A stretch of 64,000 bases of DNA from Candidatus Limnocylindrales bacterium. GTDB lineage: Bacteria > Chloroflexota > Limnocylindria > Limnocylindrales > CSP1-4. The translations under genes were made by a program, and so were the position numbers. Location of the stretch: NCBI GenBank assembly GCA_038214375.1, contig JBBQRX010000014.1:1961-65960 (forward strand), read 5' to 3'. The notes beneath the pieces were generated by a model that saw only the letters and a list, made by a program, of their open reading frames with translations, ran no database searches and was not told where the DNA came from. Positions 1 through 12,775 of this stretch are shown here, one piece after another. The stretch's first letter is position 1; every line of letters begins with the position of its first letter.

Positions 1-667
1 CCCCGGTGACCACATCGCCCTCGCGAATGCCGGCCGCCTCCGCCGGGGACGCGGCGATGGCCGAGACAACCGTCATCCGGCAGTCCGGAGCGAGAATCGT
101 GCACGTGCCGCCGGACGCGGCGGTTGACCGGGCCGAGATGACCGCGCCGATCCCCCCGAACTGGCCGCCCAGGTCCTCCCGGGCGCGCTGGAGGTCGGCG
201 GGGCTCATGTACGAGGAGTACGGATCGCCGAGGGCCTTGATCAGACCGTCGATCGCCCCCTCGACGAGCTTCTTCTGGTCCACCGCGCCGACGTAGCTCC
301 GGTTGATCGAATCCCAGGTGTCCCAGAACGGCGCGAAGAGGGCCTGGTCCGCGGCTGGTGTTCCGGGCGTGGTGGCCGTCCGCGCCCCCAGCGTGTAGCC
401 CGAGAGGAAGAGGGCGGCGCCGGCGAGCAGCGCCACGACGGCCAGGGCGAGCTGGAGCGGCCCGACCCCGCGCCGCGGCGGCTCGATGGGCTGGACGGCC
501 GGCCCCACGGGTACGACCGGGACGGGGGTCCCGGGCGCGACCGCGCCCGGCCCGGTCGCGGCTTGCCCCGGGTCGGGGGTCGCGGGCGCGGGCTCGTGTT
601 CGCCCGGGACCGGGACCTCGCCCGGGAGCTCCGGGGAGGCGAAGCTCAGGCCGCCGGGGGTCGTCAT
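1..667 (-). CDS. S41 family C-terminal processing peptidase (CtpA/CtpB-like), 3' end beyond the window
   Basis: Not in the ORF track. ATG at 667, just after the ftsX stop. Manual translation gives a Pro-rich N-terminus, a TM helix (LALAVVALLAGAALFLSGY), then FWDTWDSINRSYVGAVDQKKLVEGAIDGLIKALGDPYSSYM...FGGIG...SPAEAAGIREGDVV, typical of the S41 N-domain plus PDZ. ftsE-ftsX-ctp synteny. Confidence 0.9.
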   Translation of the reverse strand, partial: MTTPGGLSFASPELPGEVPVPGEHEPAPATPDPGQAATGPGAVAPGTPVPVVPVGPAVQPIEPPRRGVGPLQLALAVVALLAGAALFLSGYTLGARTATTPGTPAADQALFAPFWDTWDSINRSYVGAVDQKKLVEGAIDGLIKALGDPYSSYMSPADLQRAREDLGGQFGGIGAVISARSTAASGGTCTILAPDCRMTVVSAIAASPAEAAGIREGDVVTG

Positions 668-673
668 CTGGAC

Positions 674-1585
674 CTACCTCGTGAGATAGCTGCGGACAGA
701 CAGCCACGAACCCAGGACGCCGACCCCGAGGCCCGTCCCGAGCACCAGCAGGGTCACGTCGCGCTGGAGTGAACCGAGCTCGAGGGGCAGCACCCGGAAG
801 AATCCGTACATGAACTCGGTGACGGGCCCGGAGGCAAGCCCGATGACCGCGAGGGCCGCCGCGGCGCCCAGCAGGCCCACGAAGGCGCCCTCGAAGATGA
901 ATGGCCAGCGGATGAACGCGTCCGACGCACCGACCAGCCGCATGACCTCGATCTCCTCGCGACGAGCGACCACGGCGAGCCGGATCGTGTTGACGATGAT
1001 GAACAGGACGACAAGACCGACGAGCACCAGGAGCCCGAAGCCGCCGGTTCGCAGCACGCCCGTGACGGTCGTCAGCTGCTGGACCAGCTTCTGGACCTCG
1101 ACCACGTCGTCCACGACGTGGCTGCGATCCTGGAGCAGCTGGACCACGGCCTGGTATTCGCGAGGGTCCACCAGCTTGACCTCCAGGCTGGCGGGGAGCG
1201 GATTCCGGTCCAGGAATCCCGTCAGGTCCACCTGGTTCCGCTGCTGCAGCCGGTCCCGGAACTCGGCGAGGGCCTCGTTCTTGGAGACGAAGGTCACGCT
1301 GCGGACCGACGGAAGCGCGGCCACGTCCGCGGCGAGGGCGACGGCCTGGACGGTGAGCGCGCCCTCCGCGCCTGGGACGTCGTGGAGATCGGCAACCACC
1401 TCCACCTTCTGCTCCACGTACTGCACGCCCGCCGCGAGCCCGGCCTGGAGGAGCCAGAAGCCCGCGAGCAGGAGGAGCATCAGGAGCATCGTCGCGGTCG
1501 CCGCGAGCGTCATGAGCCCGTTCCGGCGCAATCCCTGCAGGCCCCGGGTGACGCTGAACGTGACGAATCGGAAGAAGCCGAACAC
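674..1585 (-). CDS. ftsX: Cell division permease FtsX
   Basis: 4-TM layout; NPLPASLEVKL and IVNTIRLAVVARREEIEVMRLVGASDAFIRWPFIFEG motifs; adjacent to ftsE. Confidence 0.95.
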   Translation of the reverse strand: MFGFFRFVTFSVTRGLQGLRRNGLMTLAATATMLLMLLLLAGFWLLQAGLAAGVQYVEQKVEVVADLHDVPGAEGALTVQAVALAADVAALPSVRSVTFVSKNEALAEFRDRLQQRNQVDLTGFLDRNPLPASLEVKLVDPREYQAVVQLLQDRSHVVDDVVEVQKLVQQLTTVTGVLRTGGFGLLVLVGLVVLFIIVNTIRLAVVARREEIEVMRLVGASDAFIRWPFIFEGAFVGLLGAAAALAVIGLASGPVTEFMYGFFRVLPLELGSLQRDVTLLVLGTGLGVGVLGSWLSVRSYLTR

Positions 1586-1587
1586 CT

Positions 1588-2361
1588 TCAGTCCTCGCGG
1601 TGGTAGCCGCCAACCTCGTCGCGGACCACGCGCCCCTCCTCGAGCGCGACGACCCGGCGGCGAAGGGCGGTCACCACGCCCGCGTTGTGGGTGGCCATCA
1701 GGACCGTGACCCCCAGCTGGTTGATCCGGAGCAGGAGCTGGATGATCTCCCAGCTGATGAGCGGGTCGAGGTTCCCCGTCGGCTCGTCGGCGATGATCAG
1801 GCGCGGCTCGTGGACGAGCGCCCGGGCGATCGCGGTCCGCTGCTGCTCACCCCCGGAGAGCGTGGTCGGCAGCTGGTCCGCCTGCGCGCCGAGCCCGACA
1901 ACCGCGAGCGCCCGGTCAACGGCCGGCCGGATCCGCCCGCGGGGCGTGCCCGTGACCTCGAGAGCGAACGAGACGTTCTCCCTGACCGATCGAGCCGGGA
2001 GGAGCTTGAAGTCCTGGAAGACGATCCCGATAGTGCGGCGGAGCTCCGGGACCTTCCGGCGCGGCACGCGCGACAGGTCCCGCCCGTCGAGGACGACCTC
2101 GCCGCTCGTCGGCAGCTCGTCGCGGATCAGGAGCTTGAGGAGCGTCGACTTCCCGGCACCCGACGGCCCCACGAGGAAGACGAACTCCCCCTCCCCGAGG
2201 CGCAGATCGACATCGTGCAGGGCCGCCTTCCCGTTCGGGTAGACCTTGCCGACGCCGCGGAGCTCGAGGACCGGCCGTGCCGTCAACGGCGTGCCCGTGG
2301 CTGCCTCGTCCGGCCGTGGAGCGGGCGCAGCGTCGGGCCGGAGGATGGTGGGGGTCGTCAC
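1588..2361 (-). CDS. ftsE: Cell division ATP-binding protein FtsE
   Basis: Walker A GPSGAGKST, VFQDFKLL, LSGGEQQR, DEPTGNLD; next to ftsX. Confidence 0.95.
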   Translation of the reverse strand: MTTPTILRPDAAPAPRPDEAATGTPLTARPVLELRGVGKVYPNGKAALHDVDLRLGEGEFVFLVGPSGAGKSTLLKLLIRDELPTSGEVVLDGRDLSRVPRRKVPELRRTIGIVFQDFKLLPARSVRENVSFALEVTGTPRGRIRPAVDRALAVVGLGAQADQLPTTLSGGEQQRTAIARALVHEPRLIIADEPTGNLDPLISWEIIQLLLRINQLGVTVLMATHNAGVVTALRRRVVALEEGRVVRDEVGGYHRED

Positions 2362-2370
2362 GTCTGCCCG

Positions 2371-2379
2371 AGGCTACCA
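2371..2379 (-). promoter_or_regulatory. Putative extended -10 element (TGGTAGCCT) 9 nt upstream of the ftsE GTG
   Basis: Minus strand reads TG-G-TAGCCT-CGGGCAGAC-GTG; no SD. Confidence 0.4.
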
Positions 2380-2454
2380 CCGGCCCGCCGATCCGTCCGG
2401 TCCGGTCGCACGCCCGTCGGCGGGTCGCGGCTGCCCGACGCGGCCCGGCCGCGG

Positions 2455-3501
2455 CTACAGGACGGCCAGCGTGATCGGCACGTACCGCTCGAAGTCGGCG
2501 AATGGCCGGTCCCAGCAGAGCAGGGCCGGGTAGTCCTCCAGCCGAAGGCCGGCCGCCAGGAGCGTTGTCACCGCCGCGCCCGCCGACCCGGGAACCCACG
2601 CCGAGAACGCACCAGCCGGTCGAACCGAGCCGAGGAGGTGGCCCGCGACGGGCCCCATCAGTCCCGCGTCCTCGACGGCGATGGGACCCAGCCGCCCGAT
2701 CTCCGAGGCGTACCCGTAGCCGAGCACGCTCCCGTCGCCGCCCTCGTACAGGAACCCCGTACGGCCCTGCGTGCCGAGGAAGGCATGATCGTCCGGGTGC
2801 GCGTACCCGAGCGTCGCGCGATCGAGGTGCTCGATCGCGGCCGCCAGGCGAAGCGGCCCCGGCCCGTCGGTCGGCCCGGCGCGGAGCAGGTCGAACGGGA
2901 CCGCCCGAACGCCGCCCGGCAGCCCGGGAACAGGCCGCTCGAGGCGGCCGACCAGCTCGAGCACCGGCACGCGGGGCACGATCCCGATGCGGCTGTACAG
3001 CGCATTCGAGATGGGCTGGACGCTGTCCGTGCAGGTGGCGTGGGTCACATCGTTCGTATCGGCGATCACGGCGGAGAGGAGCCGCTGTCCGAGGCCGCGG
3101 TCCTGGTGGTCCGGCTCCACGAAGAGCATGGAGAGGAACCAGACGTGTTCGCGCCGGAGGGCGGACACGAATGCGACGACCGGACCCTCCGACGCGACCG
3201 CACCTTCCGACGCGACCGCACCCTCCGAGGCGACCGGACCCTCCGCCGCCGTCGGACCGCCCGGCATGGCCCCGCCGTGATCGTCCTCCACGGCGACCCA
3301 GAACCCGTCCGGGTCCGTCGACAGCAGGTGGCCGAGCAGGCCCAGCAGCGGGCCGAACGCAGGCGGCATCGGCGAGCGTCCCACCCTGGTCCCGTACTCG
3401 GACGTGCCCGCGTGCCAGACCCCGGCGCAGGCAGACAGGTCGCCCGGGCGCGCGCGGCGCAGGCTGATCGCCGGCGCCCCCGCCCGGAGTGCGGCCGTCA
3501 C
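2455..3501 (-). CDS. GNAT family N-acetyltransferase (two-domain, YitH-like)
   Basis: LSMLFVEPDHQDRGLGQRLL acetyl-CoA motif A, ALYSRIG; C-terminal RLGPIA. Confidence 0.8.
   Translation of the reverse strand: MTAALRAGAPAISLRRARPGDLSACAGVWHAGTSEYGTRVGRSPMPPAFGPLLGLLGHLLSTDPDGFWVAVEDDHGGAMPGGPTAAEGPVASEGAVASEGAVASEGPVVAFVSALRREHVWFLSMLFVEPDHQDRGLGQRLLSAVIADTNDVTHATCTDSVQPISNALYSRIGIVPRVPVLELVGRLERPVPGLPGGVRAVPFDLLRAGPTDGPGPLRLAAAIEHLDRATLGYAHPDDHAFLGTQGRTGFLYEGGDGSVLGYGYASEIGRLGPIAVEDAGLMGPVAGHLLGSVRPAGAFSAWVPGSAGAAVTTLLAAGLRLEDYPALLCWDRPFADFERYVPITLAVL
3177..3248. repeat. Four imperfect 18-bp tandem repeats inside the GNAT gene (encode EG[PA]VAS)
   Basis: cgaccggaccctccgacg / cgaccgcaccttccgacg / cgaccgcaccctccgagg / cgaccggaccctccgccg. 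Confidence 0.85.
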
Positions 3502-3546
3502 CTGCGGAGGCCGCGCGCAGCCGTCATGTGCCGGGGTCCGGTGTGG

Positions 3547-4690
3547 TCACCGCCGAGGGCCGCCACGATCACGCGGGCTCGGCCGCGCCGCTGAGCGGGC
3601 GCCGGTCGCCTCCCGCTCGAGCTCCGCCGCCATGAAGACGTCGAGATCTCCGTCCAGCACGGACGCCGTGTTCGACGTCTCCACGCCGGTCCGGTGGTCC
3701 TTGACCATCTGGTACGGGTGCAGCACGTAGCTCCGGATCTGGTTGCCCCAGCCGGCCTCGACGTGCTCGCCGCGGAGCTTGCGCAGCTCGATCTCCTTCT
3801 CCTCGAGGCGCCGCTCCAGGAGCCGGGCCGCGAGCACCTTGGCCGCCGTCTCCCGGTTCTGCGTCGCCGAGCGCTCGTTCTGGCAGGTGACCACGATCCC
3901 GGTCGGAACGTGCGTCAGGCGCACGGCCGAGTTCGTCTTCTGCACGTGCTGCCCGCCGGCCCCTGACGAGCGGTAGTTCTCCACGCGGATCTCGTCCCAG
4001 TCGAGCTCGACCTCGGCGACGTCGTCGACCTCGGGCATCACCTCGATGAGGGCGAACGTCGTCTGGCGACGCTTCTGCGAGTCGTACGGGCTGATCCGCA
4101 CGAGCCGGTGCACGCCGCGCTCGGCGCGCAGCCAGCCGTACGCCCGCCTGCCGTCCACGTCGAAGGTCACGCTCTTGAGGCCGGTCTGCTCGCCCTCCGT
4201 CTGGTCCAGGACCTCGGTCGAGAAGCGGTGCCGCTCGGCCCACCGCAGGAACATCCGGAGGAGCATCTCGGCCCAGTCGGTGGCCTCGGTCCCGCCGGCT
4301 CCCGCGCTGATCGTGACCAGCGCGCCTCGTTGGTCGTACTCCCCGGAGAACATGAGCGCCGTTCGCTCGCGCTCGAACGAGAGGCGCAGCGTCTCGGCGT
4401 CGCGATCGATCTCGGCGAGCATCTCGGCATCCTCGGCCTCGCCGGCCATGTCGGCCAGCTCCTCGAGCCCGGTCGCCCGAGACTCCAGGTCCCGCCAGAG
4501 CGTCAGCTCGTCCTCGAGTCCGGCGGCTTCGCGGAGGATCCGCTGCGCGCCCCGCTGGTCGTCCCAGAACCCGGGGACGCCGATCAGCCCGTTGAGCTCC
4601 GCGACGCGCGCTTCCTTCGAAGGGAGGTCAAAGACGCCCCGAGGTCGCGTGGATCCGCTCGACAAGATCGCGGAGGCCGGACCGATCCAT
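3547..4690 (-). CDS. prfB: Peptide chain release factor 2, programmed +1 ribosomal frameshift after codon 20
   Basis: ATG at 4690 gives MDRSGLRDLVERIHATSGRL, then CTT TGA C. The +1 frame continues DLPSKEAR... with GAGGTEA, SPY (SPF-type) and GGQ (GAGGQHVQKT) motifs. Confidence 0.96.
4627..4641 (-). promoter_or_regulatory. prfB frameshift site (GGGG CGT CTT TGA C)
   Basis: Canonical CTT-TGA-C slippery stop with an upstream SD-like GGGG. Confidence 0.93.
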
Positions 4691-4915
4691 CTAGGCTCGG
4701 CCTCGCACGTCCTGGAGGAGGATCGGCCGGAGCTCGATGAGCCGCAAAGCGGTCTTGCTCCGGGCGACGACGGGGTTCACGCAGGCGCAGTACGCGTTGT
4801 GAGGGCAGACGCCGCAGTTGCCGTCGCAGTCCAGCGCGGCGGCGTAGCTGCAGTTCCTGCAGTCCCGCTCGCACGCGATGAGATCGACGAAGGCGGCGTC
4901 AGTGATCTGCTTCAC
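4691..4915 (-). CDS. Small Cys-rich protein (two CxxxCxxC motifs plus CxC), putative metal/Fe-S binding
   Basis: MKQITDAAFVDLIACERDCRNCSYAAALDCDGNCGVCPHNAYCAC...; GAGGGAG upstream of GTG 4915 (alternative start 4930); TAG stop abuts the prfB ATG. Confidence 0.7.
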   Translation of the reverse strand: MKQITDAAFVDLIACERDCRNCSYAAALDCDGNCGVCPHNAYCACVNPVVARSKTALRLIELRPILLQDVRGRA

Positions 4916-5006
4916 CGCTCCCTCATGCACAACTCTGGCAACGTCAGGCCGGTGAGATCCCGCGGGGGACGCGAGCTAGGCGGCACCGACCGGATGCAAT
5001 GGTGTG

Positions 5007-5035
5007 AGTATACGGGGGCAACGCGCAGTGGCCAA
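5007..5035 (-). promoter_or_regulatory. Sigma70-type promoter TTGGCC-N17-TATACT for the Cys-rich ORF/prfB
   Basis: Read directly from the minus strand; 17-nt spacer. Confidence 0.6.
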
Positions 5036-5073
5036 GAGGGAGTTTTCTTCGGGCCACGTGGACCATGGCAACG

Positions 5074-5700
5074 TCAGGGCGAGCTGCTCGTCCCGAGCTC
5101 CGGGCCGAGCGCGCCACCGACCAACCCGTAGAAGGCCAGCGCGCCGAGCTCGTGCAGGGTCGCATCCAGGCGCGACCCGAGGCTCGCATCCGTGGGGCTC
5201 GTGGTCGTCGGCGACCCGAAGGACTCGATGTCGAGATCCTTGCCCACCCGCAGCACGCGCAGCATGTGCGTCCGGTCCGAGACGAACAGCGCACGTCGCA
5301 TGCCGTGCAGGCGGAGAATCTCGGCGACCGCCTCGAGCGACTCGAGCGTGGACCGGCCGTGATCCTCCTGCAGGATCGCCTCGTCGGGAACGCCGTGGGC
5401 GACCGCGTACGCGCGGGCAACGGCCGCCTCGGTCGTCCGATCGCCTTCGCGCCGGCCGCCCGTCACGATCAGGACGCGTGCAAGGCCCTCCCGATAGAGC
5501 TGGACCGCGTGGTCGATGCGGCTTGCGAAGACCGCGGACGGCGTCCCGTCGTACTCGGCGGCGCCCATCACCACGATCGCGTCCACCGGCCGCGCCTCGT
5601 CCATCGTGCCGCGCTGCCAGATCCGGAACGACGCGTATCCAGTGACGAGGACGCCACCCGTGACGACTGCGAGACCGACCAGCGCGAGCTCACGCCCCAC
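5074..5700 (-). CDS. YdcF/DUF218 family protein
   Basis: C-terminal part of the 5074..8238 ORF: N-terminal TM, DAIVVMGAA, IVTGG, EDHGRSTLESL, VSDRTHMLR, HELGAL. Start codon inferred. Confidence 0.85.
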   Translation of the reverse strand: MGRELALVGLAVVTGGVLVTGYASFRIWQRGTMDEARPVDAIVVMGAAEYDGTPSAVFASRIDHAVQLYREGLARVLIVTGGRREGDRTTEAAVARAYAVAHGVPDEAILQEDHGRSTLESLEAVAEILRLHGMRRALFVSDRTHMLRVLRVGKDLDIESFGSPTTTSPTDASLGSRLDATLHELGALAFYGLVGGALGPELGTSSSP

Positions 5701-5720
5701 CGACCGCCTGCCGTGAGCGG

Positions 5721-8762
<3,042 letters not shown>

Positions 8763-8771
8763 GGGACGGTC

Positions 8772-8777
8772 AGTATA
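8772..8777 (-). promoter_or_regulatory. -10 element TATACT 9 nt upstream of the secA ATG (near-leaderless)
   Basis: TATACT-GACCGTCCC-ATG; no SD. Confidence 0.5.
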
Positions 8778-8828
8778 GGGGGGGACCCTGGCGGCGGCCG
8801 GCAGGCCCCCAGGTCCCGGGCCTCCTGG

Positions 8829-9059
8829 CTACTTCCAGAACCCGGAGCCGTACCCGGCCACGAGCAGCACGAACGTCAGGCCGCCCAGCGCCAGCCAGAA
8901 CAGGACCGAGACCGATGTCCGGGTCGGGTTCATCTCGCGGTTGACCAGGGGCGCGACGTTCCAGCGCGACGAGCGCAGCTGGGTTCGCCAGTCCTTCGGG
9001 ACTTCCGTGCGCGGCTCGAGGCCGCCCTCGCCGTCGGGTTGATGCAGCTGCAGTGTCAT
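8829..9059 (-). CDS. Small hypothetical membrane protein (76 aa, C-terminal TM helix)
   Basis: MTLQLHQPDGEGGLEPR...VLFWLALGGLTFVLLVAGYGSGFWK; ATGA overlap with the prs stop. Confidence 0.7.
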   Translation of the reverse strand: MTLQLHQPDGEGGLEPRTEVPKDWRTQLRSSRWNVAPLVNREMNPTRTSVSVLFWLALGGLTFVLLVAGYGSGFWK

Positions 9060-10168
9060 CGGCCGCCGAACGTCCTTGCCGGCGCGACGCCGGCGATGTC
9101 GGCGGGATGGGCCGGGTCGTGGCGGGTGGTGAGGTGCTCGGGCGGCAGGATCGCGCCGGTGCGGGCGTCCAGCGTCTGTTCGATGCCGTCCTCCCAGAGG
9201 ATCATCTCCTGCGTCAGCGACGCCTCGCTGCTGAACAGCGCCCCGACCGACTCGCCGCGATGGATCCGCCGGATCGCCTCGCCGATGAGGGGCGCAACCG
9301 AGAGCGTCGTGATCTGGGGCAGGCGCTTGGCCGTCGGCAGCGGCACGGAGTCCGTCAGGACGAGCTCCCGGATGGGCGAGCCGACGATGCGGTCGACCGA
9401 TCCCTCCGACAGGATCCCGTGAGTGGCGCAGGCATAGATCTCCTCGACGCCCTCGCGGACCAGTGCGCGGACGATCTCCATGAGCGTCCCTGCCGTGTCG
9501 ATCTCGTCGTCGACGATGATCGCCCGCCGCCCGCGGACGTCGCCGATGACATTCAGCAGCTCGGCCCGGTCGAGGTTGCCGACGCGCCGCTTCTCGATGA
9601 TCGCGAGGGGCGCGTCGAGCAGCTCCGCGAAGGTCCGGGCGCGCTTTGCGAAGCCGAGGTCCGTCACGACCACGATCTCGGTCAGTGCCTTCTGGCGGAA
9701 GTAGTTCGAGAGCAGGTGGACCGCGGTCAGCTCGTCGACCGGGATGTTGAAGAAGCCCTGGATCTGGCCCTGGTGGAGGTCCATCGTGAGGACCCGGTCG
9801 GCGCCGGCCACCGTGATCATGTCGGCGATGAGGCGTGCCGTGATCGGGACGCGCGGCTGGTCCTTCTTGTCGGAGCGCCCGTACGCGTAGTACGGGATGA
9901 CCGCCGTGATCCGCCCGGCGCTCGCGCGCTTGAAGGCGTCGATCATGATCAGGACTTCCATGATCGACTGGTTGACCGGGTGGCACGTCGGCTGGACGAG
10001 GAAGACGTCCTTCTCGCGGACGTTGTCGAGGATCTTCACGAAGATGTTCTCGTTGGCGAACGAGAAGACTTCGGCCTGCCCGAGCGGCACGCCGAGGTAG
10101 CGGCAGATCTTCAGGGCAAGACCGCGGTTCGCGTTGCCCGTGTAGACGTCGAACGAGTCGGAGTACAC
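9056..10168 (-). CDS. prs: Ribose-phosphate pyrophosphokinase
   Basis: GTG at 10168 after GAGGAGG; FANENIFVKI, PYYAYGRSDKK, DLHQGQIQGFF, IVDDEIDTAGT. Confidence 0.95.
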   Translation of the reverse strand: MYSDSFDVYTGNANRGLALKICRYLGVPLGQAEVFSFANENIFVKILDNVREKDVFLVQPTCHPVNQSIMEVLIMIDAFKRASAGRITAVIPYYAYGRSDKKDQPRVPITARLIADMITVAGADRVLTMDLHQGQIQGFFNIPVDELTAVHLLSNYFRQKALTEIVVVTDLGFAKRARTFAELLDAPLAIIEKRRVGNLDRAELLNVIGDVRGRRAIIVDDEIDTAGTLMEIVRALVREGVEEIYACATHGILSEGSVDRIVGSPIRELVLTDSVPLPTAKRLPQITTLSVAPLIGEAIRRIHRGESVGALFSSEASLTQEMILWEDGIEQTLDARTGAILPPEHLTTRHDPAHPADIAGVAPARTFGGR

Positions 10169-10194
10169 GAACGCCTCCTCCGCGCCGAAGCCCG

Positions 10195-12759
10195 TCATCC
10201 TCGAGGCGGGCTCGCTCCCGGCGCGTTCGGACCCGCGTCGGGGGCGCCATTGTCGCCCATGCCCTCGCGCTCCGCCAGCCCCTCGCGGAACGCGGCGATT
10301 CCCACGACCCGGTCGCCCTCGTTGAGCCGCATCGTGATGACGCCGCGCGCCCCCGACGAGTAGCGGTTGATCGTCTGCGTCTCGGTCCGGACCACCTGCC
10401 CGCCCGCCGAGATGAGGAGGAGCTCCTCGTCCGCCTCGGTCACCTGCTGGACCGCCGCCACGCGACCGGTCTTGCGGCCCTCCAGCGGGATCAGCATCAC
10501 GCCCTGGCCGCCGCGGTGCTTGCGCCGGAACTCCCGCAGCGCGACGCGCTTGCCGTAGCCCGTCTCGGTCAGGACCAGCAGGTCCGTGCCGGGCTGGACC
10601 ACGCTCATCGCGACGACCTCGTCGCCGGCGCGGGCAAGGCGGATCCCGATGACGCCGGCGGCGTCCCGGCCCATCGCCCGAACCTCGCCCTCCGCGAACC
10701 GGGCGAGCTTGCCCTGGGCGGTGGCGATGATCACGTCGTCGCTGCCCGTCGCGAGGTCGACCCAGGCCAGCTCGTCGCCGTCGGCGAGCGTGATCGCCCG
10801 GATCCCGGACGAGCGGACCTTCTCGAACTGCTCGAGCGGCGTCTTCTTGATGATCCCGTTCCGGGTCGCCATCACGAGGAAGGCCGCGGCCGTGAAATCC
10901 GGGACCATGAGAGTCGCCGTCGGGACCTCCCCGCCCTCCACCTGGACGCCCGGAAGGTTGATGATCGCCATCCCCTTCGCCTGGCGACTGGCGTCCGGCA
11001 CGAGATGCACCTTGGCCGAGAAGACGCGCCCACGATTGGTGAAGAAGAGCGCCCAATCGTGCGTGTTGGCGACCAGGAGGCTGTCGACCGCATCCTCCTC
11101 GCGGGTGACGTGGCCGATGATGCCCTTGCCGCCGCGGCCCTGGCGCCGATAGGTCGCCACGGGCTGGCGCTTGATGTAGCCGCGCCGGCTGATCGTGACG
11201 ACCACGTCCTCGTCCGCGATGAGGTCCTCGTCGGTCATCTCGCGCGACGAATCGTCCACGACCCGCGTGCGCCGCTCGCCGGCGTACTTCCGCTTCAGCT
11301 CGGTCAGCTCGTCGCGGATGATGGCGAGGATCCGCGCCGGGTTCCCGAGGATGTCCTCCAGCTCGGCGATCAGCTGGATGATCGCGAGGTACTCGTCCTC
11401 GATCTTCTTGCGCTCGAGCGCGGCGAGGCGGGCGAGGCGCATGTCCAGGATCGCCTGCGCCTGCAGCTCGCTCAGGTCGAAGCGTTCCATGAGGTTGCGG
11501 CGCGCCGTCTCCACGTCGGCCGACTCGCGGATCGTCCGGATGACCTCGTCGAGGTGGTCGAGCGCGACCTTGAGCCCCTCCAGGATGTGGGCCCGCTCGC
11601 GGGCCTTGCCCAGGTCGAACTCGGTCCGCCGCCGGACGATCTCGCGGCGATGGTCCACGTGGTGCGCGATGACGGCCTTGAGCGGGAGGATCTGCGGCTG
11701 GCCGTCCACGAGGGCGAGCATGTTGAGGTTGAAGGCGAGCTGCATCGCCGTGTGCTTGAACAGGTTGTTCAGGACCGTGTGCGGGTTCGCGTCGTTCTTG
11801 ACCTCGATGTAGATCCGCATCCCGTCGCGGTCCGACTCGTCGCGGAGGTCCGCGATCCCGTCGATCCGCTTGTCCTTCACGAGGTCGGCGATCTTCTCGA
11901 GGAGCGTCGCCTTGTTGACCTGGTAGGGCAGCTCGCTGACGATGATCGCCACCCGGTCGCGCCGCGCGTCCTCGAACGCGACCTGGGCCCGCATGATCAC
12001 CCGGCCGTGCCCGTGGGCGTACATCTGCCGGATCGCGTCGACGGTCTCCGTGACGCCGGTCAGCGCGTTCCGCTGCTGTTCGTACCGGAAGATGGAGCCG
12101 GCCGTCGGGAAGTCGGGTCCCTTGACGTAGGCGCACAGGTCGTCGGTGGTCAGCTCGGGGTCGTTGATGAGCGCGATCGTCGCGTCCACGACCTCGCCGA
12201 GGTGGTGCGGCGGGATGTTCGTGGCCATCCCCACCGCGATCCCGGAGCTCCCATTGACCAGCAGGTTCGGGAGCCTGGCCGGGAGGATCGTCGGCTGGCG
12301 GTGCTGGCCGTCGTAGTTGTCGACGAAGTCGACCGTTGCCTTGTCGATGTCGGCGAGCATCTCGGCCGCGATCGGGGCGAGACGCGCCTCCGTGTAGCGC
12401 ATGGCCGCCGCCGAGTCGCCGTCCACCGAGCCGAAGTTGCCCTGCCCGTCGATGAGCGGGTAGCGCATCGAGAAGTCCTGGGCGAGACGGACCAGGGTGT
12501 CGTAGATCGCCGAGTCGCCGTGCGGGTGGTACTTGCCCATCACCTCGCCGACGATCGCCGCGCACTTGCGGTACGAGGCGTTCGAGGCGAGCCCCATCTC
12601 GCCCATGGCGTACAGGATCCGGCGGTGGACCGGCTTCAGGCCGTCGCGGACATCCGGCAGCGCGCGGGCCACGATCACGCTCATCGCGTAGTCGAGGTAG
12701 CTCGTCCGCATCTCGTCCTCGATGCGGATCGTTCGGACGTCGCCCAGGTCGTCGGTCAC
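10195..12759 (-). CDS. gyrA: DNA gyrase subunit A
   Basis: [32 protein letters not shown], GyrA-box QGRGGKG. Confidence 0.98.
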   Translation of the reverse strand: MTDDLGDVRTIRIEDEMRTSYLDYAMSVIVARALPDVRDGLKPVHRRILYAMGEMGLASNASYRKCAAIVGEVMGKYHPHGDSAIYDTLVRLAQDFSMRYPLIDGQGNFGSVDGDSAAAMRYTEARLAPIAAEMLADIDKATVDFVDNYDGQHRQPTILPARLPNLLVNGSSGIAVGMATNIPPHHLGEVVDATIALINDPELTTDDLCAYVKGPDFPTAGSIFRYEQQRNALTGVTETVDAIRQMYAHGHGRVIMRAQVAFEDARRDRVAIIVSELPYQVNKATLLEKIADLVKDKRIDGIADLRDESDRDGMRIYIEVKNDANPHTVLNNLFKHTAMQLAFNLNMLALVDGQPQILPLKAVIAHHVDHRREIVRRRTEFDLGKARERAHILEGLKVALDHLDEVIRTIRESADVETARRNLMERFDLSELQAQAILDMRLARLAALERKKIEDEYLAIIQLIAELEDILGNPARILAIIRDELTELKRKYAGERRTRVVDDSSREMTDEDLIADEDVVVTISRRGYIKRQPVATYRRQGRGGKGIIGHVTREEDAVDSLLVANTHDWALFFTNRGRVFSAKVHLVPDASRQAKGMAIINLPGVQVEGGEVPTATLMVPDFTAAAFLVMATRNGIIKKTPLEQFEKVRSSGIRAITLADGDELAWVDLATGSDDVIIATAQGKLARFAEGEVRAMGRDAAGVIGIRLARAGDEVVAMSVVQPGTDLLVLTETGYGKRVALREFRRKHRGGQGVMLIPLEGRKTGRVAAVQQVTEADEELLLISAGGQVVRTETQTINRYSSGARGVITMRLNEGDRVVGIAAFREGLAEREGMGDNGAPDAGPNAPGASPPRG

Positions 12760-12775
12760 GGATTAGGTCTCCGGT

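Noticed and set aside
3498-3527. 9-codon mini-ORF (MTAARGLRR) overlapping the GNAT start
   Set aside because: Looks like a local duplication of the start region; no evidence of function.
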